The notes under the pieces are model-generated. The model saw only the letters and a program-made list of their open reading frames with translations. It did no database searches and had not been told where the DNA came from. Of a DNA stretch of 61,248 bases, positions 1 through 10,086 are shown one piece after another; position 1 is the first letter of the stretch; the number at the start of each line of letters is the position of its first letter. The translations under genes and the position numbers were made by a program. Source of the DNA: an uncultured Gammaproteobacteria bacterium (lineage in GTDB: Bacteria; Patescibacteriota; Microgenomatia; CAZXEC01); NCBI GenBank assembly GCA_964639595.1, contig CAZXEC010000002.1, positions 13,621 to 74,868 of the forward strand. The letters are read 5' to 3'.

Positions 1-347
1 CAGCAGAAGACACAGCGCCCGCCCTCGACGACGGCTCACCCGGCCACTACGGAACAGACCAGCGCCAAGTAAGCCTCACGACGACGGCCTACTACTGTTT
101 GTTGCCGTAGAAAAACCAGGTAATCTTCTTAGGGAACTGCCCCTCTCTAGGAAGATCAAAAACTATGGCCATCATTGCGTAAAAAGTTGTAAGAGAGTTG
201 TAGACACCGGGAAGGTAAAGGCAAGAAGAAAAAAGAACACAATTGTCGCAATCGCTGCGGCATATCAGGCTTTGCTTGATGCTTCTTTTTTCTCACTCCT
301 AAATTACCCCCGGTGTTTTTCTTAAGGTCATAATTAGGGGTCATAAT

Positions 348-364
348 TAGGGGTTGAACCCCTA
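348..364. repeat. 17-bp palindrome TAGGGGTTGAACCCCTA (family B)
   Basis: 8-bp arms around 1 nt; related copies at 17978-17994, 17996-18012 and 33994-34010. Confidence 0.85.
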
Positions 365-574
365 AAATAGGTTGGTTTGACAGTATTATTCAGCAAGAGA
401 ACCACAACCACAACCTACGAGGTAGGAAGCTAGCCTGCTTGAGTTTTCCGGAGACCGGCCATGCCTAATATTGTACACTATGGCTGTAAGTTGAGTTGCA
501 GCTTGCGAAGGTGATAAACTGGGAAATAATCACCAATGACAAATTCCCACCATCAAATGGCCAAATAATTAAAT

Positions 575-2203
575 ATGAACATTCTCAACCAGATCAAAAA
601 AGATCTAAATAGTGCTCTGGGGAAGTTAGGTTTAGAGAGTAATTTTTTAGATGTTAGCCGCCCCCAACTGGCCAAAAACGGCGACTACTCGACGAATATT
701 GCCTTCACTGCGTTTGAAAGGGGAAAGGGGAAAGGGGAAAGGGGAAAGGGAAGAAATCCATTAGACCTAGCTAAAGCAATTGCTAAACCCTTCACCCTTC
801 ACCCTTCACCGTATCTCAACCGCGTCGAGGTAGCCCCACCTGGTTTTATTAATTTTTTTGTCAAAAGCCAAGCCTGGCAGGAACAGGTAGCCCTGATACT
901 TAAAGCCCGGCATCAATATGGGTCAAGTAACTTGGGCCAGGGCAAACTGGCCAGGGTAGAGTTTGTGTCTGCCAATCCCACCGGGCCTTTGCATATCGGT
1001 AATGCCCGCGGCGGACCCTTGGGTGATGTATTGTGCAATATATTTGCCAAATCTGGCTGGCGGGTCATCAGAGAATATTTACACAATGATGTAGGCGGGC
1101 AAGTCAAGGCTCTTGGTAAGACCATCAAAGCCAGAATTGCCGGCACCGGCTCGACTGAAGACCAATACCAGGGTGAGTATGTTGCAGAACTGGCTCAAGC
1201 GCTCAAAGGTCAGGTGACAGGCAAAAGTGATGAGGAAGCAGGCAGGCTGGCGGTTGATGTGCTGTTTGGCCAGATTATATCAGACGTGTCTGACATGGGG
1301 ATTAGCTTTGATGAAATTTATGCCGAATCGGCGCTTAGGCAGGAAATACCGCGAGTTTTGGATAATTTGCAGCAAAAAGGGGTTGTCAAAAAGCAAGATG
1401 GAGCGTTGTGGTTTGCCCCGAGCGACGAATTTTTGCAAGACCGGGAAACTGTGGTGGTCAAATCTGACGGTGAATATACCTATTTTGCGGCGGATATTGT
1501 TTATCACCAAAAAAAATTTGCTTCAGGTGCCAGTTTGGTAGTTGATATCCTTGGGTCAAACCATAGCGGCCATGTGCCTCGTCTTCAGGCCGCTATCAAA
1601 GCTTTGGGCTATGATGTGTCTCAATTTCGAGTTATTTTGTATCAGTATGTTAGGGTAAAAAGGGGTTCTGATATAGTAAAGATGAGCAAAAGGGCCGGTA
1701 ATTTTATTACTGCCGGGGAGGTCTTAGCAGAAGTGGGACGGGACGCTTTTCGGTTTATGCTTTTATCCAGCGCTCCCGGCACCCATCTTGATTTTGATTT
1801 GGAGCTGGCTAAAAAACAATCGCAGGATAATCCGGTTTACTATGTGCAATACGCCCATGCCAGGATTTGCAGTATCCTGAAAAGAGCGGGAGAGCAGGAG
1901 AGCGGGAGAGCAAAGAGCAATCTAAGATTATTGTCGTATCCGGCGGAGTTGGCATTGATCAAAAAATTAACTGAATTTCCCGAACTGATTGAGGCGATTA
2001 CTGGCGACTTTATGGTCCATCATCTGACTACCTACGCCAGGGAACTGGCAGATTCATTTCATCACTTCTATGAAGCCTGCCAGGTTATAGATGAAGAGCA
2101 AAAAGAATTATCACAAGCCAGATTAAAGCTGGTTCTGGCGTGTCAAATTGTGCTGCAAGAAACTTTGAGGCTATTAGGAGTCTCTGCACCAGAAACAATG
2201 TAA
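575..2203 (+). CDS. argS: Arginine--tRNA ligase
   Basis: EFVSANPTGPLHIGNARG (HIGH-like), KMSKRAGN, YYVQYAHARICSIL; C-terminal GVSAPETM. Confidence 0.97.
   Translation: MNILNQIKKDLNSALGKLGLESNFLDVSRPQLAKNGDYSTNIAFTAFERGKGKGERGKGRNPLDLAKAIAKPFTLHPSPYLNRVEVAPPGFINFFVKSQAWQEQVALILKARHQYGSSNLGQGKLARVEFVSANPTGPLHIGNARGGPLGDVLCNIFAKSGWRVIREYLHNDVGGQVKALGKTIKARIAGTGSTEDQYQGEYVAELAQALKGQVTGKSDEEAGRLAVDVLFGQIISDVSDMGISFDEIYAESALRQEIPRVLDNLQQKGVVKKQDGALWFAPSDEFLQDRETVVVKSDGEYTYFAADIVYHQKKFASGASLVVDILGSNHSGHVPRLQAAIKALGYDVSQFRVILYQYVRVKRGSDIVKMSKRAGNFITAGEVLAEVGRDAFRFMLLSSAPGTHLDFDLELAKKQSQDNPVYYVQYAHARICSILKRAGEQESGRAKSNLRLLSYPAELALIKKLTEFPELIEAITGDFMVHHLTTYARELADSFHHFYEACQVIDEEQKELSQARLKLVLACQIVLQETLRLLGVSAPETM
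716..812. repeat. Paired heptamer tracts inside argS: (GAAAGGG)x5 and (TCACCCT)-like x4
   Basis: Five perfect units at 716-750; roughly complementary tract at 785-812; encode ERGKGKGERGKG and KPFTLHPSP. Confidence 0.9.
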
Positions 2204-2204
2204 T

Positions 2205-3251
2205 ATGGGCCGTCCGAGGAAATTCTCGATTAAGAAAAAAATTTTGAACCTGTTTTTATTGTTGGCACTGGTGGTGGCAGTGGTTTTTGGATATCTATAT
2301 TGGAAACATCCCCAACTGATCGTCCAGTTATCAACCCAGCCCAACCAAGTCTTACCCCAAATTCCCGGCTTGGTTAGCCAGGATTTGCAAGGAATCAAGG
2401 TTAGCGAGTTTGCTTTGAGCGGCTACACGGCCAGATTAACCGATTTGTTTTCCCGAGATCAAAGCCAGGCTAGCCAATCCGGCCTTGACCAAACCATGGG
2501 CTTGCAAACCAGCCAGCCAGCAGAGCCGAATGCCTCCGGTGGTTCACCATTGCTTTTTAAGTTTGCCTTGGTGGCTGATTCGCACTCGGAAAATGATTTG
2601 CTTGCTAAAGCCCTGAAGATGGCCAAAGCCGAGGCTGTCAGGTTCGTAATTGGCCTGGGAGATTATACTAAAACTGGCACAAAACAAGAACTGATCGACG
2701 CTAAACAAGTCTTTGATAAATCAAGCTTAAATTACTTTGTCATTCCAGGTGACCACGACTTATGGGACTCCCGCGATAAGGAACGACCAGATGCCACATA
2801 TAATTTTGAGACAGTATTTGGTAAGCCGTACCGGTCTTTTGCAGAAAAAGGAGTTAGGTTTATTATGCTTGATAACAGTGATAATTACTCTGGAGTATCA
2901 AATGAACAAATGGCGTGGCTAAAAAAAGAGCTGGAGAATCCTGCTCTCACCTTTGTTTTTACGCATGAACCACTGTATCATCCTGAATCAAAACATATCA
3001 TGGGGAGGGTTAACGAGGAATTATTGTCTCAAGCCAAGGAGTTGATGGAACTTTTTGGCAAAAACACCGTCAAAGAGGTCTTTTCCGGCGATATCCACTT
3101 TTTCGCCAGATTTACAGATCCTGTCTTTCATGTTAATATGACAACTATTGGGGCTGTTGCCTCACAAAGGAATATCCAGTCTTCCAGGTTTGCTTTGGTG
3201 TCAGTTTATGAGGACGGGACTCACCAGGTTGAAGATGTAGAGATAAAATAA
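2205..3251 (+). CDS. Membrane-anchored calcineurin-like metallophosphoesterase
   Basis: N-terminal TM; DSH, GDY, GDHD, HEP and GDIH metal-binding motifs. Confidence 0.88.
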   Translation: MGRPRKFSIKKKILNLFLLLALVVAVVFGYLYWKHPQLIVQLSTQPNQVLPQIPGLVSQDLQGIKVSEFALSGYTARLTDLFSRDQSQASQSGLDQTMGLQTSQPAEPNASGGSPLLFKFALVADSHSENDLLAKALKMAKAEAVRFVIGLGDYTKTGTKQELIDAKQVFDKSSLNYFVIPGDHDLWDSRDKERPDATYNFETVFGKPYRSFAEKGVRFIMLDNSDNYSGVSNEQMAWLKKELENPALTFVFTHEPLYHPESKHIMGRVNEELLSQAKELMELFGKNTVKEVFSGDIHFFARFTDPVFHVNMTTIGAVASQRNIQSSRFALVSVYEDGTHQVEDVEIK

Positions 3252-3369
3252 TGTAAAACTCAAATTCCAAAGCCCAAATGCCAAATGAAATCCAAAATCA
3301 AAAACGCACTAATTTGGTATTAAATCATTTGAACTTGATTTGGCATTGGGATTTTGACATTTATAATTT

Positions 3370-4653
3370 ATGTTCTCTTATAAAAAATCAGTACTTGACA
3401 ATGGCTTGAGAGTAATAACTGTGCCGCTGCCCAATAGTACCTCTACCACGGTGGGGATATTAGTGGGGGCAGGCTCGCGGTATGAAGAGCCAAGGATTAA
3501 CGGTTTATCGCATATCTTGGAGCATATGTTCTTCAAAGGCACCACCAAGCGCCCCACTGCCGCAGAAATTGCCAGGGAATCAGAGGGAATGGGGGCCATC
3601 CATAATGCCTGGACAGATGTGGAGGCAGTGGCTTACTGGATGAAGGTGCCGCCGCCCAATTTTGAGCACGGCTTGGAGATTTTATCAGACATGATAGCCG
3701 ACCCGCTGCTCAAAGCAGAAGAACTGGCCAAAGAACGGCACGTGGTGATTGAGGAATTCAACAGGGATGAGGATGACCATCCCAGGAAAGTGGCGGAGAT
3801 TTTCCAACAACTACTATGGCCAAACCAGGCCTTGGGACGGCCGATTATCGGTAATAAAAAGACTATTTTATCCGCCAGTCGGGATGATTTGATCAATTTT
3901 CGCCGTCAGCTTTATGTGGCTGGTAATATGGTGGTGGCAGTGGCTGGACCGGTTGAGCATGATCAGGTAGTTGAACAAGTAGAGAAAAATTTATCTGGTC
4001 TTACCACAAGCATGCCCCAATTAACTTGGGAAAGAGCTCAAGATAACCAAACAGGCCTCAAAGGATCCATCTTGGAGAAAAAATCAGAACAAGCCCATTT
4101 GATGTTAGGCTTAAAAACTTTTAGCTTTGATGATCACCGGCGACCGGTGTTGTCGGTCTTAAATTCTATTTTGGGGATAGGTATGAGCTCCAGATTATTT
4201 TTGTCAGTCAGGGAAAAAAAGCATTTGGCATATACCATCAGTTCTTCTGCCGATTATTTCCATGACACCGGAGCCTGGGGAGTTTATGCCGGTGTGACTT
4301 TAGACAGGCTGGCAGAAGCAGTGGGTGCTATTATGGAAGAGGTTAAGCTAATCAGCAAGGAGCTGGTTGGCAACAAAGAGCTGGCAGAAGCCAAAGAAAA
4401 GTTTAAAGGTCATTTCCTGTTTGGACTGGAAACCACCCACAGAATTATGGAATATTTTGGTAGGGAGGAGCTGCTGGAGGGTAAAATTAGTCTGCCTGAA
4501 GATAGATTGGCGCAAATTGAGCAGGTCACGGCCAACCAGGTCAGGCAACTGGCAAAGGAGATGTTTGTCAGAAAACAGCTCAATCTGGTAGTGCTGGGAC
4601 CATATCCTAGAAGTATGGCCAAGAAGCTAGACACCATCATAGAAATAGATTAG
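3370..4653 (+). CDS. M16 family zinc peptidase
   Basis: HILEHMFFKGT (HxxEH) and SSRLFLSVRE motifs. Confidence 0.93.
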   Translation: MFSYKKSVLDNGLRVITVPLPNSTSTTVGILVGAGSRYEEPRINGLSHILEHMFFKGTTKRPTAAEIARESEGMGAIHNAWTDVEAVAYWMKVPPPNFEHGLEILSDMIADPLLKAEELAKERHVVIEEFNRDEDDHPRKVAEIFQQLLWPNQALGRPIIGNKKTILSASRDDLINFRRQLYVAGNMVVAVAGPVEHDQVVEQVEKNLSGLTTSMPQLTWERAQDNQTGLKGSILEKKSEQAHLMLGLKTFSFDDHRRPVLSVLNSILGIGMSSRLFLSVREKKHLAYTISSSADYFHDTGAWGVYAGVTLDRLAEAVGAIMEEVKLISKELVGNKELAEAKEKFKGHFLFGLETTHRIMEYFGREELLEGKISLPEDRLAQIEQVTANQVRQLAKEMFVRKQLNLVVLGPYPRSMAKKLDTIIEID

Positions 4654-4668
4654 AATATCACCTAACGT

Positions 4669-5358
4669 ATGAATTTTTTAATCTTCGGGCCGCCTGGATC
4701 AGGCAAGGGGACTTATGCCTCGCGACTGGGGCCTCAACTAGGCATTGCCCATATTTCCACCGGTGATATTTTCCGTCAGATGGCCAAAGGTGGTAGCCCC
4801 CTAGCTGATGAGGTTAAAAGTTATCTGGATCGGGGAGCGCTGGTGCCGGATGAAGTAACAGTAAACATTGTCAGGGAGGTATTAAAAAAACCCGAAGCGC
4901 AAAAGGGATTTTTTTTGGACGGATTTCCCAGGACTATTAGCCAGGCGCAAGAATTGGATAAAATTGTCAAGATTGACGCTATTTTGTTGTTGATTATGCC
5001 CAAAGAAATACTGATGGAAAAGGCTCTGGCCCGCCGAATTTGCCGCAATTGCGGCAATATCTATAACATTGCCGATATTTCCCGGACCATTGATGGAGTT
5101 GATTATGTGTTGCCTCCCATGTTGCCCAAAGTTGAAGGTAAATGTGATAAATGCGGTGGAGAAATATACCATAGAACAGATGATAACAAAAAAGTGATCG
5201 GTGATAGGCTGGCTACTTATGAGAACCAATCCAAGCCAGTGCTGGCATATTACAAAGGCCAAGGTGCTAAATTTATAGAAATCCACGTTGCCCGGCCGCC
5301 AGAAGTGATGGTGGGGAAAATCATGGATCAGCTCATCCATTCGACAAGCTCAGGATGA
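4669..5358 (+). CDS. adk: Adenylate kinase with Zn-LID
   Basis: GPPGSGKGT, HISTGDIFR, LDGFPRT, CRNC...CDKC. Confidence 0.96.
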   Translation: MNFLIFGPPGSGKGTYASRLGPQLGIAHISTGDIFRQMAKGGSPLADEVKSYLDRGALVPDEVTVNIVREVLKKPEAQKGFFLDGFPRTISQAQELDKIVKIDAILLLIMPKEILMEKALARRICRNCGNIYNIADISRTIDGVDYVLPPMLPKVEGKCDKCGGEIYHRTDDNKKVIGDRLATYENQSKPVLAYYKGQGAKFIEIHVARPPEVMVGKIMDQLIHSTSSG

Positions 5359-5382
5359 TGCTGAGCAAAAAGCCGAAGCATC
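5338..5382. repeat. REP-like element TTCGACAAGCTCAGG...CTGAG (family C), supplies the adk stop codon
   Basis: Similar units at ~7418-7460, ~7679-7700 and ~10641-10710. Confidence 0.75.
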
Positions 5383-5423
5383 AAAGCCGAGGGCTTAGTT
5401 AAATGATTCCCAATAATTGTCAA

Positions 5424-5440
5424 GCGCGATTAAATCGGGG
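5424..5440. mobile_element. 17-bp palindrome, family A (degenerate left arm)
   Basis: tcaa|GCGCGATTAAATCGGGG|tcaa. Confidence 0.7.
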
Positions 5441-5522
5441 TCAATACCATGATCAGTATTTTGTATTTTGATATCTTAATTTATATTCTGATAGTCTTGA
5501 CATGTAGTGTAAAATATACACG

Positions 5523-6167
5523 TTATTTAGCCATCGCCTTAAGACTAATTAATCGATCCAGATGAGGCATGGTGTTGCCAATAATGACATGGTAAAAAAC
5601 CAAAGAGCCAAATCGGCTGCCTTTTTGGCGGAATTGGTCAGTGAAAAATGATTTGGCCAATTCGTCAGTCAGGTATAACATCAAACTTAAACCCCGTAAA
5701 TCTTCGGCAAATTTACTAATGACCATATTGTAATCAAAAAATCGACCGATAATTTCTGTTCGGCCTTGTTGATTAGTAAATGATGGTATAGTTCCTGCGA
5801 TATATGGTTTAAGGGCTGTGGCTAGTTGCTGTACATGATCATAACCGTCGGCAAAATTGGGATTTTCCAAAAAATTTTCCACAATCTGCCTGGTCAATGG
5901 TGAACTGTCCGGTTCTTCAGCGGGAATGAGGTTTTCCAACCGCAGCAGTTTTTGAAAATCCGATAAGGCTTTCTCTACCGCGTGGGCTTGAGCTGGATTA
6001 GGTGAACTATAGAGTTCTTTTTGCCCAAGAGCAATGTGATACGGTCTGATCGCCATCATGTCACATGATCTGGCACCAATTTCTCGATGCAGCTTGGATA
6101 ACTCTGTCGTGGTTTGGCTATTTGGTTGAGGCTGTTCCGGTCGTCCTTCTGGATGAACTGTGGTCAT
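5523..6167 (-). CDS. Hypothetical protein
   Basis: 214-aa ORF, no recognised motif. Confidence 0.7.
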   Translation of the reverse strand: MTTVHPEGRPEQPQPNSQTTTELSKLHREIGARSCDMMAIRPYHIALGQKELYSSPNPAQAHAVEKALSDFQKLLRLENLIPAEEPDSSPLTRQIVENFLENPNFADGYDHVQQLATALKPYIAGTIPSFTNQQGRTEIIGRFFDYNMVISKFAEDLRGLSLMLYLTDELAKSFFTDQFRQKGSRFGSLVFYHVIIGNTMPHLDRLISLKAMAK

Positions 6168-6212
6168 AGATTATTACATGCCATTGTAACATAGCAGTCA
6201 AATAATCAAAGT

Positions 6213-6299
6213 CGCAATTACTGAACGAAGCTTGCCGCGCCTCGCGCGGCAATCAGGAGTTTTGTTCAAAAAAGGTTCGAGCGGCGTTCAGTAATTGCG
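6213..6299. mobile_element. 87-bp element bounded by perfect 15-bp inverted repeats
   Basis: CGCAATTACTGAACG (6213-6227) and CGTTCAGTAATTGCG (6285-6299); internal hairpin TTGCCGCGC-CTC-GCGCGGCAA. Confidence 0.55.
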
Positions 6300-6516
6300 G
6301 GGAGCCGGGATTTGAACCCGGAACCTCTCGCACCCCGCCTGCCAACGCCTATTGTCGGAGATCGCGGACTCGAACCGCGGACCTCTCGCACCCGAAGCGA
6401 GCGCTCTTCCAACTGAGCTAATCTCCGGCGTTACTATTGGCGGGCAGGCCCGCCTGCCAAAGCCTAGCATGGCGGGCAAGGCCGAAGCAAGGGCGCTACC
6501 ATTGCGCCAGTCCCCG
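6297..6516 (-). pseudogene. Interrupted tRNA-Pro (outer), ~148-nt insertion in the anticodon loop
   Basis: 5' half CGGGGAC-TG-GCGC-AATGGTA-GCGC-C-CTTGC-TT-CG (6516-6483); 3' half GGT-GCGAG-AGGTT-CCGGG-TTCAAAT-CCCGG-CTCCCCG (6334-6298); C7:C66 mismatch and C73. Confidence 0.8.
6355..6427 (-). tRNA. tRNA-Pro(CGG), nested inside the interrupted tRNA-Pro
   Basis: Complete cloverleaf: CGGAGAT/ATCTCCG acceptor, CTCGC-TTCGGGT-GCGAG anticodon arm, TTCGAGT T-loop, A73. Confidence 0.95.
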
Positions 6517-6591
6517 AAAGTGCTTATATTGTACTCCTTTTAGTAAGTTATTCCACTTACCGTCAAATTTATGCTAAAATATGTGGTATCT

Positions 6592-6663
6592 GCCCTCGTA
6601 GCTCAATGGATAGAGCACAGGTTTCCTAAACCTGCGATAAAGGTTCGATTCCTTTCGAGGGTA
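6592..6663 (+). tRNA. tRNA-Arg(CCT)
   Basis: GCCCTCG/CGAGGGT acceptor; CAGGT-TTCCTAA-ACCTG; TTCGATT. Confidence 0.95.
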
Positions 6664-6680
6664 CTATAGATAAATTTCAA

Positions 6681-6697
6681 ATCCGATTAAATCGGAT
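6681..6697. mobile_element. 17-bp palindrome, family A
   Basis: tcaa|ATCCGATTAAATCGGAT|tcaa. Confidence 0.8.
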
Positions 6698-6750
6698 TCA
6701 AATTACAAAACTCAAATGTCAAATGGATGTAATTTGTCATTTTTAGATAG

Positions 6751-7392
6751 ATGTCAAACCTAAAAGTTATCAGCATTCGCACCATTGGTTATGGTTTGGT
6801 TTTAACCTCCTTATTGTGGCTGTTTTTTTCTTTATGGCCGGTTGCTAGCGCCGAGGTGATTTACCGTTTTGGCAGACTGGTTGGCACTAATTTTATATTA
6901 GCAGATGAGGCTCGCAGTTTTGGTCAGTTGACAATAAAGCCGCATGAAAAAATCATCACTCCAGTTGACCCAGATTTTTCTTTGGTGGTGGAGAAAATTG
7001 GCGCCAACGCTAGAATAATCGCCAATGTTAATGCGGGAAATGAGCGGGAATATAATGTTAAACTGGCCCAGGGTATAGCTCACGCCAAAGGGACGGTCTT
7101 TCCTGGCCAGGCAGGAAATTCTTTTCTGTTTGCCCATTCAGTCTTAAACCCGTGGGATATTCCCCGTTATAACGCGGTCTTTTATCTATTAAGGGAGCTG
7201 GAAACAGGGGATCGGGTGGTGGCTTTTTATGGGGGCAAACGCTATAACTACACTGTGTTTGAGAAGAAAGAAGTGGCTGCCAATGATGTATCGGATCTGA
7301 CGGCGGTTTATGATTATCCGGTTTTAACTCTGCAAACTTGCACACCCCCGGGAACGACCTGGAAAAGGTTAATTGTCAAAGCTAGACTATAA
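6751..7392 (+). CDS. Sortase family protein
   Basis: N-terminal TM; FAHS, LTLQTC and KRL catalytic His/Cys/Arg pattern. Confidence 0.88.
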   Translation: MSNLKVISIRTIGYGLVLTSLLWLFFSLWPVASAEVIYRFGRLVGTNFILADEARSFGQLTIKPHEKIITPVDPDFSLVVEKIGANARIIANVNAGNEREYNVKLAQGIAHAKGTVFPGQAGNSFLFAHSVLNPWDIPRYNAVFYLLRELETGDRVVAFYGGKRYNYTVFEKKEVAANDVSDLTAVYDYPVLTLQTCTPPGTTWKRLIVKARL

Positions 7393-7506
7393 AAAATGAT
7401 AAATTCCAAAACTCATCCATTCGGCAAGCTCAGGATGACCCTGAGTCTATCGAAGGGTCAAATGTCAAATGAATGCCAAAAGGCCAAATATTTTGACATT
7501 TGGATC

Positions 7507-8799
7507 TCATCTTAGGGAGATGGTGTAGAGATTTAGCGGTGTGCCGGCCGGTGCGTTGAAATTAGTTAAAATAATCAATCTTGACCCATTAGGCCAGGGG
7601 AAGGCCAGACTGGAAAACAGATTGCCTGAATAAATGGTAGTTTTGTTTTGTCCGTCTGCTTCAATGATGTCAATTTGTCCGTTCGACAAGCTCAGGACAG
7701 GTCCATTCGTCAAAACAGGTCCACTGCCTGCTTGCTGCGAGTCAATTAATATTAAATGATTGGAATCCGGTGATTCAGGCAGCCACCAAATATTTTTGGG
7801 CTTGATATTGAGAATATATTGTTTTTTCTCCTTTGTATCATAGATAACATAACCATCCCTGGTTTGATAAAAGAATTTATTTTCTCCCGGCGACCAGTGC
7901 AGGCCGTCTGGATAGTAAGATAGAGCGGGAGAGTCCCACTTCGCCGAGGCTTCGAGGGGCAGGCGGGAGAGCGGGAGTACTCCAGCTTTGGCAGAGGCAG
8001 TTGATTCAGGGGAAGTTTCCAGAGCCGCCAGAGCGGCTTTTTTGGAAGATTCATCAAGCCGGGAAGTTCTGGCTGATGCTTGCTGGATTAGTTCATCTTG
8101 CCACTCTTTGATAGTTTTGGATAATGTTAAGGTAGCGTCATTTGGCCTTTCATTGAGCCTGTCTGTGTCTAAGATATAATTCCTAACAAATTTTGATCCG
8201 GGCTGTTGATTTTCTTGTAGGGAAACCAATAAATTTTTTGAATCTGGCGCCCAGGTGATTTTAGCTTTAGAAAAGATGAGTGCTGGGGTATTTTTGATAA
8301 TTAGCTTGGGATCCGAAGGAGCAAGTAAGATTCTACCGTCTGATAGGTCTGCTACCCAGAGGCCGGCTTTCTCACCACTGTCTACTCCCCAGGCAATTTT
8401 AGTGCCACTAGGAGAAAGAACCGGGTTGATGGCTCCATTGAAAGTCATTGGTGATAAAGATGGGGCACGGGGGAAAAGCAGGGCCTCGACCTTGGTGACT
8501 AATTCTTTTTTGACTTCGATGGCCTTTTGATAATCAAAATAACCCTCTTTGGTTATTTTGACTGTGTAATTGCGTGGTTCCAGGTAGGATACAGTAGAAT
8601 CAGTGGCAGCTGTCAAATGCCCATCCAGCAAGACCGAGGCCCCATCGGGAATAGAGGAGACGACCAGTATACCTGTACCAGTGATGGCTCCAGTCTTTTG
8701 ACTGATAGTATAGCCTTTGGCAAGCAATATAGTGATAATTGCGCCAATCCCAATGATGGCCAAAGACAATAATGAAATAGCCACCCTGTATCTATTCAT
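7507..8799 (-). CDS. PEGA domain membrane-anchored protein with a beta-propeller-like C-terminus
   Basis: N-terminal TM; GILVVSSIPDGASVLLDG...YTVKITKEGY. Confidence 0.85.
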   Translation of the reverse strand: MNRYRVAISLLSLAIIGIGAIITILLAKGYTISQKTGAITGTGILVVSSIPDGASVLLDGHLTAATDSTVSYLEPRNYTVKITKEGYFDYQKAIEVKKELVTKVEALLFPRAPSLSPMTFNGAINPVLSPSGTKIAWGVDSGEKAGLWVADLSDGRILLAPSDPKLIIKNTPALIFSKAKITWAPDSKNLLVSLQENQQPGSKFVRNYILDTDRLNERPNDATLTLSKTIKEWQDELIQQASARTSRLDESSKKAALAALETSPESTASAKAGVLPLSRLPLEASAKWDSPALSYYPDGLHWSPGENKFFYQTRDGYVIYDTKEKKQYILNIKPKNIWWLPESPDSNHLILIDSQQAGSGPVLTNGPVLSLSNGQIDIIEADGQNKTTIYSGNLFSSLAFPWPNGSRLIILTNFNAPAGTPLNLYTISLR

Positions 8800-8950
8800 G
8801 GATGAAGAAATTGTAGCAAGTTTGGCTTACCTATGTCAAAATTGGGATCAACTCGCTCTTGCCACTGGTATAGTTTACTGCTAAAATCGCTACAAGTACA
8901 GCATATATTAAATCTATCAGAATACTACTTTAATATATCAATTAATAGCT

Positions 8951-9973
8951 ATGATCAATCTTAATTTTAATTTTGGCAAAAAAGTCGGTATTGATTTGGG
9001 AACTGCCAATTCCTTAGTTTATTTGGTGGGAGAGGGTATTGTTTTGAATGAACCAACGGTAGTGGCAGTGTCAAATGATGATAATCGAGTAGTGGCAGTA
9101 GGTTCAGAGGCCAGGGAAATGTTAGGCAGGACTCCCGGCAATATTATGGCCATGAGACCAATGCGGGATGGAGTAATTGCCGATTATGTTATAACCGAAG
9201 CTATGCTAAGTTATTTTATTGATAAGGTTTGCGGCAGGTCTAGGTTTTTTCGGCCGGAAGTGATGATTTGCGTGCCGGCAGGAGTCACATCAGTGGAAAG
9301 AAGGGCAGTGCTTGATGCCACCTTATCGGCCGGGGCCAAAACCGCATATTTGATCGACGAACCGCTGGCAGCGGCCATTGGCGCCAAGGTACCCATTGCC
9401 AACCCTTCGGGGAACATGATTGTTGATATTGGCGGCGGCTCAACCGAGGCGGCAGTAATTTCTTTAGGCGGAGTGGTGGTGCATAATTCAGTCAGAGTGG
9501 CTGGCAATAAAGTCGATGAAGCCATTGCCGCCTATGTCAAACGCAAACACAATTTGTTGATTGGTGATCGGATGGCCGAGGATATTAAAATTAAAATAGC
9601 ATCTGCTGTGCCGGTGGCGCAACAGAAGTCAATGGAAGTTCGCGGACGAGATAGCTTAACTAGCCTTCCCAAGACTGTGGAAATTTCTTCCAACGAAGTA
9701 ACCGAGGCCATACAAGCCCCCCTGCAGGCGATTATCGGTGCTGTTCGTGGAGTATTGGAGCAAACACCACCGGAGTTGGCGTCTGACATTATAGACAAGG
9801 GGATTGTGATGTCTGGAGGAACCTCTATGCTGTTAAACTTAGACAAATTGATGACCGAATCCACCGGTGTGCCTTGCCATGTCGCAGAAGACCCCTTGAT
9901 GTGCGTGGCTCTTGGCACTGGTATTGCCATGGAGAATATAGACTTGTATAAGCGTAGTCTTAGCAGGCGCTAA
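8951..9973 (+). CDS. mreB: Rod shape-determining protein MreB
   Basis: [35 protein letters not shown]. Confidence 0.97.
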   Translation: MINLNFNFGKKVGIDLGTANSLVYLVGEGIVLNEPTVVAVSNDDNRVVAVGSEAREMLGRTPGNIMAMRPMRDGVIADYVITEAMLSYFIDKVCGRSRFFRPEVMICVPAGVTSVERRAVLDATLSAGAKTAYLIDEPLAAAIGAKVPIANPSGNMIVDIGGGSTEAAVISLGGVVVHNSVRVAGNKVDEAIAAYVKRKHNLLIGDRMAEDIKIKIASAVPVAQQKSMEVRGRDSLTSLPKTVEISSNEVTEAIQAPLQAIIGAVRGVLEQTPPELASDIIDKGIVMSGGTSMLLNLDKLMTESTGVPCHVAEDPLMCVALGTGIAMENIDLYKRSLSRR

Positions 9974-10086
9974 AGTTAATTTCAAATGTCAAAGCTCAAA
10001 TATCAAATCAAATTCAAAGCACAAAACCTTAAAGAATTTTGTCATTTAATATTTATTTGGCATTTAGATTTTGGAATTTGAATTTT

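Noticed and set aside
1-330. Coding or RNA feature at the window start
   Set aside because: Several open frames on both strands, but none with a recognisable motif, and no rRNA or tRNA signature.
6337-6484. Group I intron in tRNA-Pro
   Set aside because: About half of the 148 nt is a tRNA and the rest is REP-like hairpins; no room for or sign of a P3-P7 catalytic core.
6288-6543. Small ORFs 6288-6479 and 6352-6543
   Set aside because: They are translations of tRNA sequence.
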